Source: Eukaryota sp. TZLM1-RC (taxonomy: Eukaryota; Protista; Metamonada: BaSk clade). Taken from it: 64,000 nucleotides of DNA. Each line of letters begins with the position of its first letter. Within the stretch, counting starts at the first letter, position 1. The stretch lies in assembly GCA_040285825.1 (NCBI GenBank), contig JAUPSS010000007.1:2392689-2456688 (forward strand), read 5' to 3'. Made by a program: the position numbers and the translations under genes. Under the pieces are notes generated by a model. The model made no database searches. It had not been told where the DNA came from and saw only the letters and a list, made by a program, of their open reading frames with translations. Shown piece after piece: positions 45,400 to 57,008 of this stretch.

Positions 45400-47030
45400 A
45401 GAGGCAATATTGGTTCAATGAATTCGAACATTACAGAAACGATTGACTGGAATGTATGAAAAAGATCTTTATAATAATATATGCAAATCAAGATCTTCAC
45501 TCATTGTTATTGGAAAAGGGTGTTTGTGAAAACAAGTCGTCAGATTCTTCACTTTTTGTAACTATTGCACCACGAAGATTTGGGTTGTGTGCCACTAATG
45601 AAGCATTTGTAACAAAAATGAGATTATATTTGAACATCCCCATTAATCAATTATTATCAAAAGAAAAATGTATTTGTTCAAATTCACCTCAACTCACTTT
45701 GAGCCATGCTCTGAATTGCTCTAAATTGATAACTTATCGTTCTTCATTACATGATGCTGTTAGAGACACTGTTTTCAATATGGCACAAACTGCAAGAATT
45801 TCGTGTATCAAAGAGCCCCTGCTGAAGGAAACACTTTCTCTGAATAATTTTGGTTCTGATGATAGAGGTGATGTATACTGTGATTGGATTGATAATTCTG
45901 AAGCTATTGTTGACTTTGTCTCATGTAATGTTGCAAATGATACTTTGGTTCACAGAAGAAAACTTAATCCTGTGGCTGCTCTGGATTTTAAAGCAAAAGA
46001 GAAACATAGAAAATATGATAAAGATATGTAGGCTTTATCCTAGAATGCAAACAAGATTACTATAAACAACAACAATGCAAAGCAATATTCTAGATAAGTG
46101 ATCACTGACAAAATGAAGGTAGATTCTCACTATTTACGGGTTCATGAGCACGTATATTGTGAAACTCAGTAATACTTGAAAGTATTGAGTTAAAATAACG
46201 TCGTAGAGCCTTAAAGAGTGAGAAAACAATTCTGTTCTTCCAAATTAGTTGATCAAAAGAACGTCCTGAGTCTTTTAAGAAACTGCCTAAATCATTCAAA
46301 AAAAATAGTCCTTCCCTGCCTAAAGTACCAAAAATAGAAATTCCAATTGGAACAAAAACGATGTTTTTGCCACGTTGTTTGTTCAAACGTACAAGTAAAT
46401 CATTATACTTCGAGTGCTTGCTCCTTTCTACACTCTTAAGGGTTGATTCAATGTCGGAAGACGAAGACAACTTCCAAGGAGAAACATTTGTACAATCAAT
46501 AATTTATTCCTGGCCGCTATGCCAAGCACATTGAATGTCACCTCTTTTTTGACTTTGAACAACCTGCATTTCATCAAAAACTGGTTCTAGTCGTACTAGA
46601 GGATGGGCACTCTTCAACAAATCATAAATGCAATCGCGAACGGCATTGTGAATTATCGACCTCTTCTGAGTGAACTTCCTACAAGATAAGACATGAGTAT
46701 AGGAAGCAACTGCTCCACATTTACAACGAATATTTGTTAAACATATGATAAAGATATTGAAGAGGCTAATGTTGATAGAAATACACAGCTGGTTTTTAAT
46801 GCTTTCCCATTTTCGATAAATAAAAGATTATCAGATGAAGCAGAAACTTTTTTGAATGATTTCCAAAAAATGGTTCAAGAAAAAACAATGAAAAGATTTG
46901 ATATTTTTTATGGCGTTCACGGATTCAATTTGCCATTAGTAATAGATTACCTCAGTTTTTCAATCGAATAAGAGAAACTTTAGCTAAACAGCAAGCAGAT
47001 CAAAATTTTGTAGAGGAAACCTTGGTTCAA
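45400..47030 (+). mobile_element. RLE retrotransposon 3' part (third family), split by a nested insertion
   Basis: CICSN..HALNC..HDAVRD, RGDV..VDF, KEKHRKYDKD, then resumes at ~46758 as IEEAN..FPFS. Confidence 0.85.
46028..46742 (-). mobile_element. 5'-truncated RLE retrotransposon (fourth family) with a 15-bp TSD
   Basis: CKCG..HVL.C..HNAVRD, RGDI..IDC, K.SKY, WKNRIVFS. ATATGATAAAGATAT lies at 46013-46027 and 46743-46757. Confidence 0.88.
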
Positions 47031-47206
47031 TGATAGTCGTCCCATTAGTTATGAGTTAATTTAATTAAGTGTGCAAATTCAATAAACACAAAATATTTCA
47101 ATGAATTTGGTTCCATTAGTTCTGAGTTTTTTTATTTAGTGTTGAAGTTCAATAAAATCATATATTCACTAAAAAATAATGATTTACAAACGTAAAATAT
47201 ACAAAT

Positions 47207-48677
47207 TTAAAGTAGTTTCTCCTTTTCAGCATACTCTTGGACCAAAAACAAAGCCTCTGCTTGATCAAAACGAATAATACCAAAACAATGTAGGGAGGGG
47301 TCCTCTCCTGGATGTGTCTTTATATAGTTCAACATTCTATTGAACTGAGACTCAGTAACAATAGACAGACACTGTTCCCTAATCGAGTCTAGATCTTTTT
47401 GAGTAATGACACTAACCTTGACAGGCTCGGCAGAGACTACAGTTTCATTAGGTTCTTCGACAACATATTCATCATTTGTTAATATTGGCTGATCTGTAAA
47501 TTCTGCCTTACAAGGATCTATTTCTATAGATGCAACATCCACTGCTGCAGTCACAAGTTCGCCTCCTTCTTCATCTGAAGAGCTGTCAGCTTGTTGACCT
47601 CCCATATACATAACTGTACCACTTTCTGAATCTGTAGATGACTCAGAGTCCGACTCCTGCTTTGGTGCATACTTGTTGAGTTCAACGATGGTTGGCTTCT
47701 TGGGAGGAGGTTTTGGGGCAGGTTCAATCTTGATAGGCGATGGTTGAGGTGTGACACTCTTTTTTCTTTTCAACTGAAAGAGTCCTGGGCTAATAGGAAC
47801 CTCTGGTTCGACACTAGGGATATCAATAGAGAGCTGATATGCTTTTGCCTGCACAAGAGGGTCTTGAAGTAAACTGGCTGTTGAAGCCCGTAGACTAGGA
47901 TCCTTTTGTAACAAACTGTCTAAAATAGAACCAAATTCGTTATACTCGCTTGGGAGTTGGGCAGGCTCTTGAGTGAGGATTTTTATCAGTAAAGAAGCTT
48001 GGTTTTCTGCCATAAATGGATACTGTTTAGTACACAACTCAAACAACAGAATTCCTAAGCTCCAAAGATCAGAGCTGTACGAATACGGCTTTCCTTGGGC
48101 GACTTCAGGACTAGAATTAGTGGAAAAATGAACCAACAAACCTAAGATAGAGAGGTGTTCCTATGAACGTTTTTGCCATATCTGTTGTCTCTGTAAGAGC
48201 TTTGGATATTCCAAAATCACCCAATTTAGCATTACCAAAACTATCTAGAAAAACATTTAAACTTTTCAAATCACGGTGTAATATTTTCTTTGTATGTACA
48301 AAGTGAAGCCCACAGAGGGTTTGAATAAAAAATTTCCAAATTGTGTTTCTTGACAATGGTTCCTTATGTTTGCGAAGATAATCAGACAAATTACCACCTT
48401 CTGCTAGTTCCATTACAATGTATAGTGCTTCTTTTTCAAAGAAAGAATCATAATAGTGGACAACAAAGTTACAAGTATCATCTAAAGATGCCAAAATGTG
48501 ACATTCAGATATAGCAGCATCAGCTTGCTTCTGATTCCTAGGGAGAATGACCTTCTTCAAGCAGTAGAATTTACCGTCCTTGAGTCGTCTAACCTTTGAC
48601 ACAGTTCCATAAGAACCTCTGCCAAGAACAGAGATTTGCTGGAAATCAGATAGTTTTGATCGTGGGGCCTGAGGCAT
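47207..48677 (-). CDS. NIMA-related (NEK) protein kinase with a 31-nt intron at 48111-48141
   Basis: LGRGSYG, HRDLKSLNVFL, KLGDFG and SDLWSLG. GTPLYL-S-PE is restored by splicing. Confidence 0.92.
48111..48141 (-). other. Spliceosomal intron, 31 nt
   Basis: GTTTGTTGGTTCATTTTTCCACTAATTCTAG, with a branch-like ACTAA directly next to the 3' splice site. Confidence 0.9.
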
Positions 48678-49797
48678 GAGTGGAAATTGAGCAGAACGTA
48701 AGGAGTAAGTAATAGTGGTAAGACCTTTTTTTGGTAGTATTGAGACTTTTTAAATTCCAACTTTTTCATTTTGGAATTTTAGACTGTGGAATTCGAGGAT
48801 TCCACTTACTTAAAGAAATTACTTAAAGAATTCCAGCAGTACCTACTGGAATTCCATGAGTAATGGAATTCAGAATATGATTGAGACTGCACTAATAAAA
48901 TGAAATTCATTCCTCTTATTTCTATTTTTGAATAAAATTCGTTTTATTTCCAAACATTAGAGCTTTGGTTCTTTGTCAAATTAGTACGGTTGATGATTTC
49001 TGATAGGATCTTTCATCTGATACAACAATATCAATGGGTATGATATCGACCATCAAAACAAATTGTACTGCTGACAATATATATTCATTTCCTTCGTCTG
49101 AAAAAAGACGTCTAACATTGGTAACCTCAAACACAAAGAGAATTTTTTCAGGTCTTAATGAATTTGGGCTTTCGAACACAAACAAGGTTATTTGATAATA
49201 AAATTGAGTGCACATCGATAAAAATCACCTTTTTTGTTGCTTCACATTTTGTATAAACAAAAGAAGAATAAATAAAATAAATAAATAAATAATTGAACAG
49301 CAATTGAAAATGGGAATGAAACAACAACAATGGAGATGTAAACTACACATCAAAAACTTGTAAATTGTAAATGAATCACTTGATATAGCAGTTGTTAACG
49401 CAGTTCAAATTCAAGAGCTCAGTTTGGCAAATTCTCCTCAATAGGAGAGTCCATTGACCTTACACCATGCTCTTGCATTTTATTGAGAGTCGCATTGTAG
49501 TAATAGCATAGGCAAATCTTCAGGTATGTAACAACATTTATCCAAAAACAATGAAAAAGATCATTAAATGATAATTGTTTAAGTAATAAATGTGTTTGAT
49601 TTTCACGAGAGAAGTTTGAGAATTAAAGAAGATCTTTATTAAGAATTTTTTGAAAAATTTAAAAAATGAGGTGTTTGGAAAAGAAAAGACACTTTTATTA
49701 TGGACAAACAGTGAAAGAAAAAAAATTGGAGAAACTCCAATGAAGTATATAAAGGGTACAGATTGCAATTAAAGAAAAAATAAGAAATATTACAAAC

Positions 49798-52044
49798 TTA
49801 CCTTCCAATATTCATTAAATACTCTTCCATAAAAGTATGGGTCTCCTTGCCCTTGATCCCTCTTAGTTCTAGAAACCTTGTGAAATCTTCAGTAGAAGTG
49901 GTTCCAATTAATGAAAGATAGTTCCGAACAATCAATTTAGTTGGAGACAACAAAACCTTCAACAACAATTCAATTTTATCATGATTTCTTCTTAAAAGTT
50001 TACCAAAAGCTCTGGAAGCAACTGTACCAGTGAGATCAGGAAGCTTTTGGAACGTCGTTTTTAGGCAAGAAAGATCAAAAAGCATTTGTTGGGTTCCAAA
50101 ATTGTTGAAACTATCGATTTTGGTTGTAATATTGGTATATAATTGACCATAAAAATTCGACACAACAGCATCCAAAACATAATGCACAGCCATTCTACAT
50201 TCAGAAATTTGCTTTAGTATTGGAATACGCTCCTCCAGCACTTCCTGAGCTGATGTAACCCATGAAGAAACGTCACCCACACGACGCATCGATGACCATT
50301 GCTGACGAACCATAAGCATGCTGCTCGAGTTAAGGTAAGTAAGTATGGAATCCGTGAAGCTTTGAGCGGCACGCTGAGTTGTAGTGGTAAACGCATCAAC
50401 TACATCATCAAAATTAATTTCAGGTTTGTAAGCCTCCAAAATCAAATCCGAAAGTGAAAATGCCAATGAATCAATTGTTGACGAGCAAAAATTACAAGAG
50501 CCAATTACTCTGAGAACACTTTGCTCTTCCAACGAATTGGCCTTAAGTTTCTCTCCTGAAATGATACACTCAGTTAGAGAGTCACTATACTTGATGAGTT
50601 CCTTCTTTAGCATTCGATATACATCAAAGAGAAGTTGACCCTGTGATAGTTTTGTAGAACGATGTAGGATAGCCTTGATTTCCTTAAAAAGTGCAAATGA
50701 AGATGGAAATGCAAATGTATCGGTTGACATCTCCAAAATAGACAAGTCAAAAACTTTCTCAATGATGTTTCTTAGCTTGGCCTGTTCGTCTACAACATAA
50801 ACAGCGAGATGAGTGTCAAAAGCACAAGTCATCATATTGAGGAAAGGATTGGTCACTGATTCTGTCTCCTTATTGTTTGCAAACATTTGCTTGTACTTTC
50901 GTTTAATTGCTGCAAGATTGGAAGGGTTATCAATTGTCATTCCAGCAGATGAAGACACAACAACGTTATCCGCAACTCTCCGCAGTATATCACTGGTCAT
51001 GTGATCTTCATCTTCATTAGCAAAGTCTTCCATTATGAAATCACCTGATGAGATTTCATTAACAATTTTGAAGACCTCATTCTCAAGCTTTTGTGTCCTT
51101 CTATGAAGTGCAAGAATGACAGCTCCATCGACGCTATACTGAGAGTTTGATGTTATAACATCCAGTGATCTAAGCAAGATTTGACGTGTTTGATCAACAA
51201 ACTCCATTCCCAATATATAAGGTATGTTCCAAGAGTTTGGAATACAATGTCTTATCTGTAAATATTGTGAAAACAAAAAACGTAGAGACTGTGCATGGTT
51301 ATCCAAAGCACCAGACGTAAGTGTATCAATAAAAGATGAGTCAAATGATACTATACAATTTAACAATGAATTACATAAAACATGAGTGAATGAACTACGA
51401 ATCGAATGGTTTGCCATAGCATCTACACATGCAGTGGCTGCTGACAGACAACTCATATCATCATCATTAGGATTGTTATAATCAATGTTAGACGGGATGG
51501 AAAAACACCTGGATAAAATGTTTTCAGAATGAAGTTCAACAGATTCAAGTAATGAAGAGAGTAATTGTCCATTTGGAAGACTGACTGTATTAGCCAGAGG
51601 GCGGAGTTGTTTAGCAATTTCCAGAACAACAGCTACATGACTTTTGGACTCAACAAGTGGATAATCATCAGCTTGGAGCTTACCTAAAGCGTTGAGGGAA
51701 GAAAGCAATAAAGCCACCTGTCTCAATACTGTTAAAGTCGAAGATATATTCTGCTTGGCCATATCAAAAGTGGCAACATCACCAAATGTACTTGCAATTG
51801 ATAGCTCCTTGACGGACAAACGGGATTGTAGTTGTTCTAATCGATTTTTCAACAAATTAAAGGAATTAAAAGCCGTTGTGAGTGACTGGCTACCTTTATC
51901 AACAAATGTTGAATTATCACGAACAGATTCTCTTAGTTTTTGTTCGAGTTGAGACACACGAGACTCTCCGTCACCTATAGCAGTAGATAAATGTTCTAGT
52001 GATGTGAAGGAAGGAAAGGAGTCATTGATGGATGAGGGATCCAT
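49798..52044 (-). CDS. VPS53: VPS53 (GARP complex subunit)
   Basis: IN..FP...SL, FDMAKQNI..TL..LR, FPSS..LF, STKLSQGQLL, W..M..VGD.S.WV, G.QQMLFDL..LK, F.R.LEL.G.K. Confidence 0.85.
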   Translation of the reverse strand: MDPSSINDSFPSFTSLEHLSTAIGDGESRVSQLEQKLRESVRDNSTFVDKGSQSLTTAFNSFNLLKNRLEQLQSRLSVKELSIASTFGDVATFDMAKQNISSTLTVLRQVALLLSSLNALGKLQADDYPLVESKSHVAVVLEIAKQLRPLANTVSLPNGQLLSSLLESVELHSENILSRCFSIPSNIDYNNPNDDDMSCLSAATACVDAMANHSIRSSFTHVLCNSLLNCIVSFDSSFIDTLTSGALDNHAQSLRFLFSQYLQIRHCIPNSWNIPYILGMEFVDQTRQILLRSLDVITSNSQYSVDGAVILALHRRTQKLENEVFKIVNEISSGDFIMEDFANEDEDHMTSDILRRVADNVVVSSSAGMTIDNPSNLAAIKRKYKQMFANNKETESVTNPFLNMMTCAFDTHLAVYVVDEQAKLRNIIEKVFDLSILEMSTDTFAFPSSFALFKEIKAILHRSTKLSQGQLLFDVYRMLKKELIKYSDSLTECIISGEKLKANSLEEQSVLRVIGSCNFCSSTIDSLAFSLSDLILEAYKPEINFDDVVDAFTTTTQRAAQSFTDSILTYLNSSSMLMVRQQWSSMRRVGDVSSWVTSAQEVLEERIPILKQISECRMAVHYVLDAVVSNFYGQLYTNITTKIDSFNNFGTQQMLFDLSCLKTTFQKLPDLTGTVASRAFGKLLRRNHDKIELLLKVLLSPTKLIVRNYLSLIGTTSTEDFTRFLELRGIKGKETHTFMEEYLMNIGR

Positions 52045-52379
52045 TGCAGCTGATTAACGGAAAGTGAGTGACTGCTTGAAGTCGTTAAGCTATTCTAGAG
52101 GTTGGAGTTGAGGGAAAAGTTGGATACATCAACCCTGTAATTTATCTACATCACAATGCGTTTTGCATTTGTAGACAACAGTCGTTCTCCTTGAGCTGCC
52201 CTTGATTGTACAAACCAAGTGCAGTGATCATAGAATGACAACATTTTATTGCTGTTTGTACATAGCTGACTATCTCATCAATAGTTTGCCCACAAACAAC
52301 AGACACTTCTCCATCAACAACAAAGGTTTCTCATCAGTTACATTCAACTGGTTGAACAAGTACAACAGTCATGTGGTTT

Positions 52380-52700
52380 GATGCTTCCCTTCCTCTCTGT
52401 TCTCTGCGTTCTGTTTAAAAATCACAGCATCCATGTGACAGTCATATTCATCAATCAAATGAAGTGGGATTTCCCAACACAGTCAATCATTCTAATTTTG
52501 AACCCTTTGCTTTCAGACAGTGTTGAAGACACACTTGCTGAGCTGTACAACTGGGATGCCGTTATACAACAGTGTCCTAAATGTGGCCATGAAACAGTGT
52601 CTTTCTTTACTCTGGAGTTTTCGTCTACGCAGACAGTAAATTCTGACTACAGTCATGTACTTATAGTTGAACACTCCACTCTTCAGAATCCAATGATAGA
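52380..52700 (+). pseudogene. Possible degenerate TFIIS-type zinc ribbon (RPA12-like)
   Basis: QCPKCGHETVSFFTLE resembles the RPA12 C-ribbon, but the RSADE motif is not intact. Confidence 0.3.
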
Positions 52701-53309
52701 GATCACTATTACTGTAATCAAAGCCTAAGCCAATCAACAATGGGATTCTGAACATGCTGTTAAGTTAACTCCCATTGTTTGATATTCAAACAATCAAAAA
52801 TTAAAAAATGTCATTTATGAGTTGAGAAGTAGCTGAAAACAACAAAAGACCAGTGGTAATACTCACAAATAGCACAAATGGATATATCAGCAACTGACAT
52901 GTTTTGGAGTTAAACACACAACTCTTTAAGAATTGGTGTAGTTTGTTTCTAAAATAAATATTTAATAACTCTTTAATACAATTTAAGAAATTCCTACAAT
53001 ACTTTGGTTTGAAAGAGGTTTATTACATCAAAAACTATTACTAACCACACATCAAATAAATTAGGCTTATTGCCATTTACCAATCTAACATTACACCAAG
53101 ATTTCAGCAATTTTGAGAACTTTGGTCATTTGATTTCCACACGATTGTTTGATAATCAGTCCATTCTTCAAAATAAAGTTAGTCAATTAAAACTTAACGA
53201 AAGGCTTTTCTTGATAAGATCAGACAATGAATCATTATTCTAATGTATTCAATTTGTCAACATTAACAGCTTGTAATTGTTGGTTTTTCCTAAAGATTTT
53301 ACAGAGAGC

Positions 53310-53457
53310 AAAGACGCTCCTTGGACATGTATAACTCACTTACAAGAAGTGTGGATGTCTATGGAATCGTAATGTCAATGCTGTTCTTAATATGATTCAT
53401 GATGATCAGTATCTTAAAGGAAATGAAAGTCCTCAAGTTTTGAAAAGATCAACTTGA
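53310..53457 (+). pseudogene. Fanzor C-terminal tip
   Basis: KKCGCLWNRNVNAVLNMI...GNESPQVLKRS. Confidence 0.65.
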
Positions 53458-53525
53458 TTCATTTCATCTTCATTTCAGTAATCTCAACGGGTTGCTACTA
53501 TTTGACATTTTTGTGCTGCTAGCCG

Positions 53526-56500
53526 ATGTCCTTCTGCTTCAGGCAACGAGGTCCTGATTCTAAGCTCGATTGGGATTTAATATCGTCTGTATCTCCACAA
53601 CAGGTCATTGATAATGTTGATGTTTCTTCTTTGAAACCTCTCATCACACCAATCACTTTCTTTGACATCTCCTCAGAGCCAGCCTTTCAATTTCTTGATG
53701 TCAGAGTCCGAAACCTCATTCAACTATCTCAATTAATCATTGAGTATCTCGTCCATACCCAAAGACAATTAGTCGCAAAAACAGGACAAGTTTCCTACAG
53801 GTCTGTGTCTACCAGCTCTGTTTCTATCCAAACCTCCATCCCATTACCTCCTACTATCTCTCCAATGACCCCAGCTCCCCATCTCATCTCCCATTCTACT
53901 CCCTCTCCCTTCACTCCCCCACAAAGACCATTGTATACGGCCAGGACCTGTTCTTTCTGCAGAAAAGTATTTATGTCTCAAAGTTATTTGGACAGTCATC
54001 TTCAACGAAGACATCCAGAAGCTTTGAGGACAGAATGCACAAGCGAAAGTAACCAGCAAATATGTACGCCGAATTATCAATCTCCGCTACCTCCAAGTTA
54101 TCAATCTCCAGGACAGTTTTTTGTTCCCAGGAACTCCATTTCTGTACAGGTAAATCCTATCGAAGTTTCTGTCCAAACAGTCAACTTAGGTCAAGTAACG
54201 GGAAATTTTGAACAAAAGAGATCACTCAAAAATTTAGAGGAAACTTTAGAAGAAAATTCAGAGCCAACTTTTGAGCAAAAAAGATCACACAGAAGTTTTG
54301 AGCAGAAGGGATCACCTAGAAATTTAGAATCAAATTGTGAGCTAAGGAGCTCACCTAGAAATTTAGAATCAAATTTTGAGCAAAACAGATCTCCTCGTGC
54401 TCATTCATCTAATTTAGAATCAAATTTTGAGCAAAAGAGATCACCTAGAAAATTAGAAGAAAATTTAGAACCAAATTTTGAGCAAAAGAGATCTCCTCGT
54501 GCTCATTCTTCTAATTTAGAATCAAATTTTGAGCAAAAGAGATCACCTAGAAATTTAGAAGAAAATTTACAATCACATTTTAAGCAAAAAAGATCTCCTC
54601 GTGCTCATTCTTCTAATTCAGAATCAAATTTTGAGCAAAAGAGATCACCTAGAAATTTAGCAGAAAATTTACAATCAAATTTTGAGCAAAAGAGATCACC
54701 TAGAAATTTAGCAGAAAATTTACAATCAAATTTTGAGCAAAAGAGATCACCTAGAAAAGTAGAAGAAAATTTAGAATCAAATTTTGAGCAAAAGAGATCA
54801 CCTAGAAAATTAGAAGAAAATTTAGAATCAAATTTTGAGCAAAAGAGATCACCTAGAAAATTAGAAGAAAATTTAGAATCAAATTTTGAGCAAAACAGAT
54901 CTCCTCATGCTCATTCATCCAATTTAGAATCAAATTTTGAGCAAAAGAGATCACCTAGAAATTTAGAAGAAAATTTAGAATCAAATTTTGAGCAAAAGAG
55001 ATCACCTAGAAAATTAGAAGAAAATTTAGAATCAAATTTTGAGCAAAAGAGATCTCCTCGTGCTCATTCTTCTAATTTAGAATCAAATTTTGAGCAAAAG
55101 AGATCACCTAGAAATTTAGAAGAAAATTTACAATCACATTTTAAGCAAAAAAGATCTCCTCGTGCTCATTCTTCTAATTCAGAATCAAATTTTGAGCAAA
55201 AGAGATCACCTAGAAATTTAGCAGAAAATTTACAATCAAATTTTGAGCAAAAAAGATCTCCTCGTGCTCATTCTTCTAATTCAGAATCAAATTTTGAGCA
55301 AAAGAGATCACCTAGAAATTTAGCAGAAAATTTACAATCAAATTTTGAGCAAAAGAGATCACCTAGAAAAGTAGAAGATAATTTAGAATCAAATTTTGAG
55401 CAAAAGAGATCACCTAGAAAATTAGAAGAAAATTTAGAATCAAATTTTGAGCAAAAGAGATCACCTAGAAAATTAGAAGAAAATTTAGAATCAAATTTTG
55501 AGCAAAACAGATCTCCTCATGCTCATTCATCCAATTTAGAATCAAATTTTGAGCAAAAGAGATCACCTAGAAATTTAGAAGAAAATTTAGAATCAAATTT
55601 TGAGCAAAAGAGATCACCTAGAAAATTAGAAGAAAATTTAGAATCAAATTTTGAGCAAAAGAGATCTCCTCGTGCTCATTCTTCTAATTTAGAATCAAAT
55701 TTTGAGCAAAAGAGATCACCTAGAAATTTAGAAGAAAATTTACAATCACATTTTAAGCAAAAAAGATCTCCTCGTGCTCATTCTTCTAATTCAGAATCAA
55801 ATTTTGAGCAAAAGAGATCACCTAGAAATTTAGCAGAAAATTTACAATCAAATTTTGAGCAAAAGAGATCACCTAGAAAAGTAGAAGAAAATTTAGAATC
55901 AAATTTTGAGCAAAAGAGATCACCTAGAAAAGTAGAAGAAAATTTAGAATCAAATTTTGAGCAAAAGAGACCACCTAGAAAATTAGAAGAAAATTTAGAA
56001 TCAAATTTTGAGCAAAAGAGATCACCTAGAAAAGTAGAAGAAAATTTAGAATCAAATTTTGAGCAAAAGAGACCACCTAGAAAATTAGAAGAAAATTTAG
56101 AATCAAATTTTGAGCAAAACAGATCTGCTCATTCTTCTAATTTAGAATCAAATTTTGAGCAAAAGAGATCTGCTCGTGCTCATTCTTCTAATTTAGAATC
56201 AAATTTTGAGCAAAAGAGATCTGCTCGTGCTCATTCTTCCAATTTAGAATCAAATTTTGAGCAAAAGAGACCACCTAGAAATTTAGAAGAAAATTTACAA
56301 TCAAATTTTGAGCAAAAAAGATCTCCTCGTGCTCATTCATCTAATTTAGAATCAGATTTTGAGCAAAAGAGATCACCTAGAAATTTAGAAGAAAATTCAG
56401 AATCTTCTGATGATTCAAACAGTGAAGCCTTCAATAACACCTCAGTATTTTCTGATATTTCCCTTGATCTATCTAGCATTAATCCATGTCCAGCTAAAGA

Positions 56501-57008
56501 TACAGATCAGGTTTTACCTATTGAGTCTAATTTAGAACCTTCCCCTGCTGTTGGACATTCCCAGACAAAAGGAGGAGATTCACTTAAGTTGTCTGAATCT
56601 CTGGACAAGAGTCCATCGCTATCGTTGTTAAAAGATCTTTCTTTTTTTGAGGATACATCAAATGATCAATCAAACCATCAATCAAACCATCAATCAAACC
56701 ATCAATCAAATGATCAAAGTGAACTGTCTTTTCTTAAAACTAGTTCCTTTACCAGTCCAACAAGTCATAATCAACTCAAACCAACTGAATGTGACAATTC
56801 TCCCAATCAAGATGACGTGTTTTCTCCAAATGAATCAGATCATGTAGTTATTGATTCCCATGATGATTTTCAACAGGAATTAGCCAAGGTAAAGTCCGAT
56901 TTGAACCAATTATCGCCCTTTTCAGCGTTGAAGTCTTCAGTTAGGCATGATCAAGAAGAATTAGAGAAGGAGCGGTTTCTGATTCAAAAGAGGCTATTTA
57001 ATCTATGA
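53526..57008 (+). CDS. DZIP1: DZIP1/Iguana-like ciliary protein with C2H2 finger and a long 17-aa tandem repeat region
   Basis: FCFRQR...LDW..ISSV....VI..VDV..L......TF (Dzip-like N-terminus), QLSQLIIEYL.H.Q, CSFCRKVFMSQSYLDSHLQRRH. Confidence 0.8.
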   Translation: MSFCFRQRGPDSKLDWDLISSVSPQQVIDNVDVSSLKPLITPITFFDISSEPAFQFLDVRVRNLIQLSQLIIEYLVHTQRQLVAKTGQVSYRSVSTSSVSIQTSIPLPPTISPMTPAPHLISHSTPSPFTPPQRPLYTARTCSFCRKVFMSQSYLDSHLQRRHPEALRTECTSESNQQICTPNYQSPLPPSYQSPGQFFVPRNSISVQVNPIEVSVQTVNLGQVTGNFEQKRSLKNLEETLEENSEPTFEQKRSHRSFEQKGSPRNLESNCELRSSPRNLESNFEQNRSPRAHSSNLESNFEQKRSPRKLEENLEPNFEQKRSPRAHSSNLESNFEQKRSPRNLEENLQSHFKQKRSPRAHSSNSESNFEQKRSPRNLAENLQSNFEQKRSPRNLAENLQSNFEQKRSPRKVEENLESNFEQKRSPRKLEENLESNFEQKRSPRKLEENLESNFEQNRSPHAHSSNLESNFEQKRSPRNLEENLESNFEQKRSPRKLEENLESNFEQKRSPRAHSSNLESNFEQKRSPRNLEENLQSHFKQKRSPRAHSSNSESNFEQKRSPRNLAENLQSNFEQKRSPRAHSSNSESNFEQKRSPRNLAENLQSNFEQKRSPRKVEDNLESNFEQKRSPRKLEENLESNFEQKRSPRKLEENLESNFEQNRSPHAHSSNLESNFEQKRSPRNLEENLESNFEQKRSPRKLEENLESNFEQKRSPRAHSSNLESNFEQKRSPRNLEENLQSHFKQKRSPRAHSSNSESNFEQKRSPRNLAENLQSNFEQKRSPRKVEENLESNFEQKRSPRKVEENLESNFEQKRPPRKLEENLESNFEQKRSPRKVEENLESNFEQKRPPRKLEENLESNFEQNRSAHSSNLESNFEQKRSARAHSSNLESNFEQKRSARAHSSNLESNFEQKRPPRNLEENLQSNFEQKRSPRAHSSNLESDFEQKRSPRNLEENSESSDDSNSEAFNNTSVFSDISLDLSSINPCPAKDTDQVLPIESNLEPSPAVGHSQTKGGDSLKLSESLDKSPSLSLLKDLSFFEDTSNDQSNHQSNHQSNHQSNDQSELSFLKTSSFTSPTSHNQLKPTECDNSPNQDDVFSPNESDHVVIDSHDDFQQELAKVKSDLNQLSPFSALKSSVRHDQEELEKERFLIQKRLFNL
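54200..56402 (+). repeat. Coding 51-bp tandem array (~40 units) encoding NLESNFEQKRSPR(KLEE/NLEE/AHSS)
   Basis: Directly visible periodic AATTTAGAATCAAATTTTGAGCAAAAGAGATC units. Confidence 0.97.
56657..56717 (+). repeat. Coding 12-bp repeat (SNDQ/SNHQ x5)
   Basis: ATCAAACCATCA-type units. Confidence 0.9.

Noticed and set aside
54200-56402. CRISPR-like repeat-spacer appearance of the 51-bp array
   Set aside because: The variable parts are a few recurring in-frame variants rather than unique spacers. The array lies inside a eukaryotic ORF and no cas genes are present.
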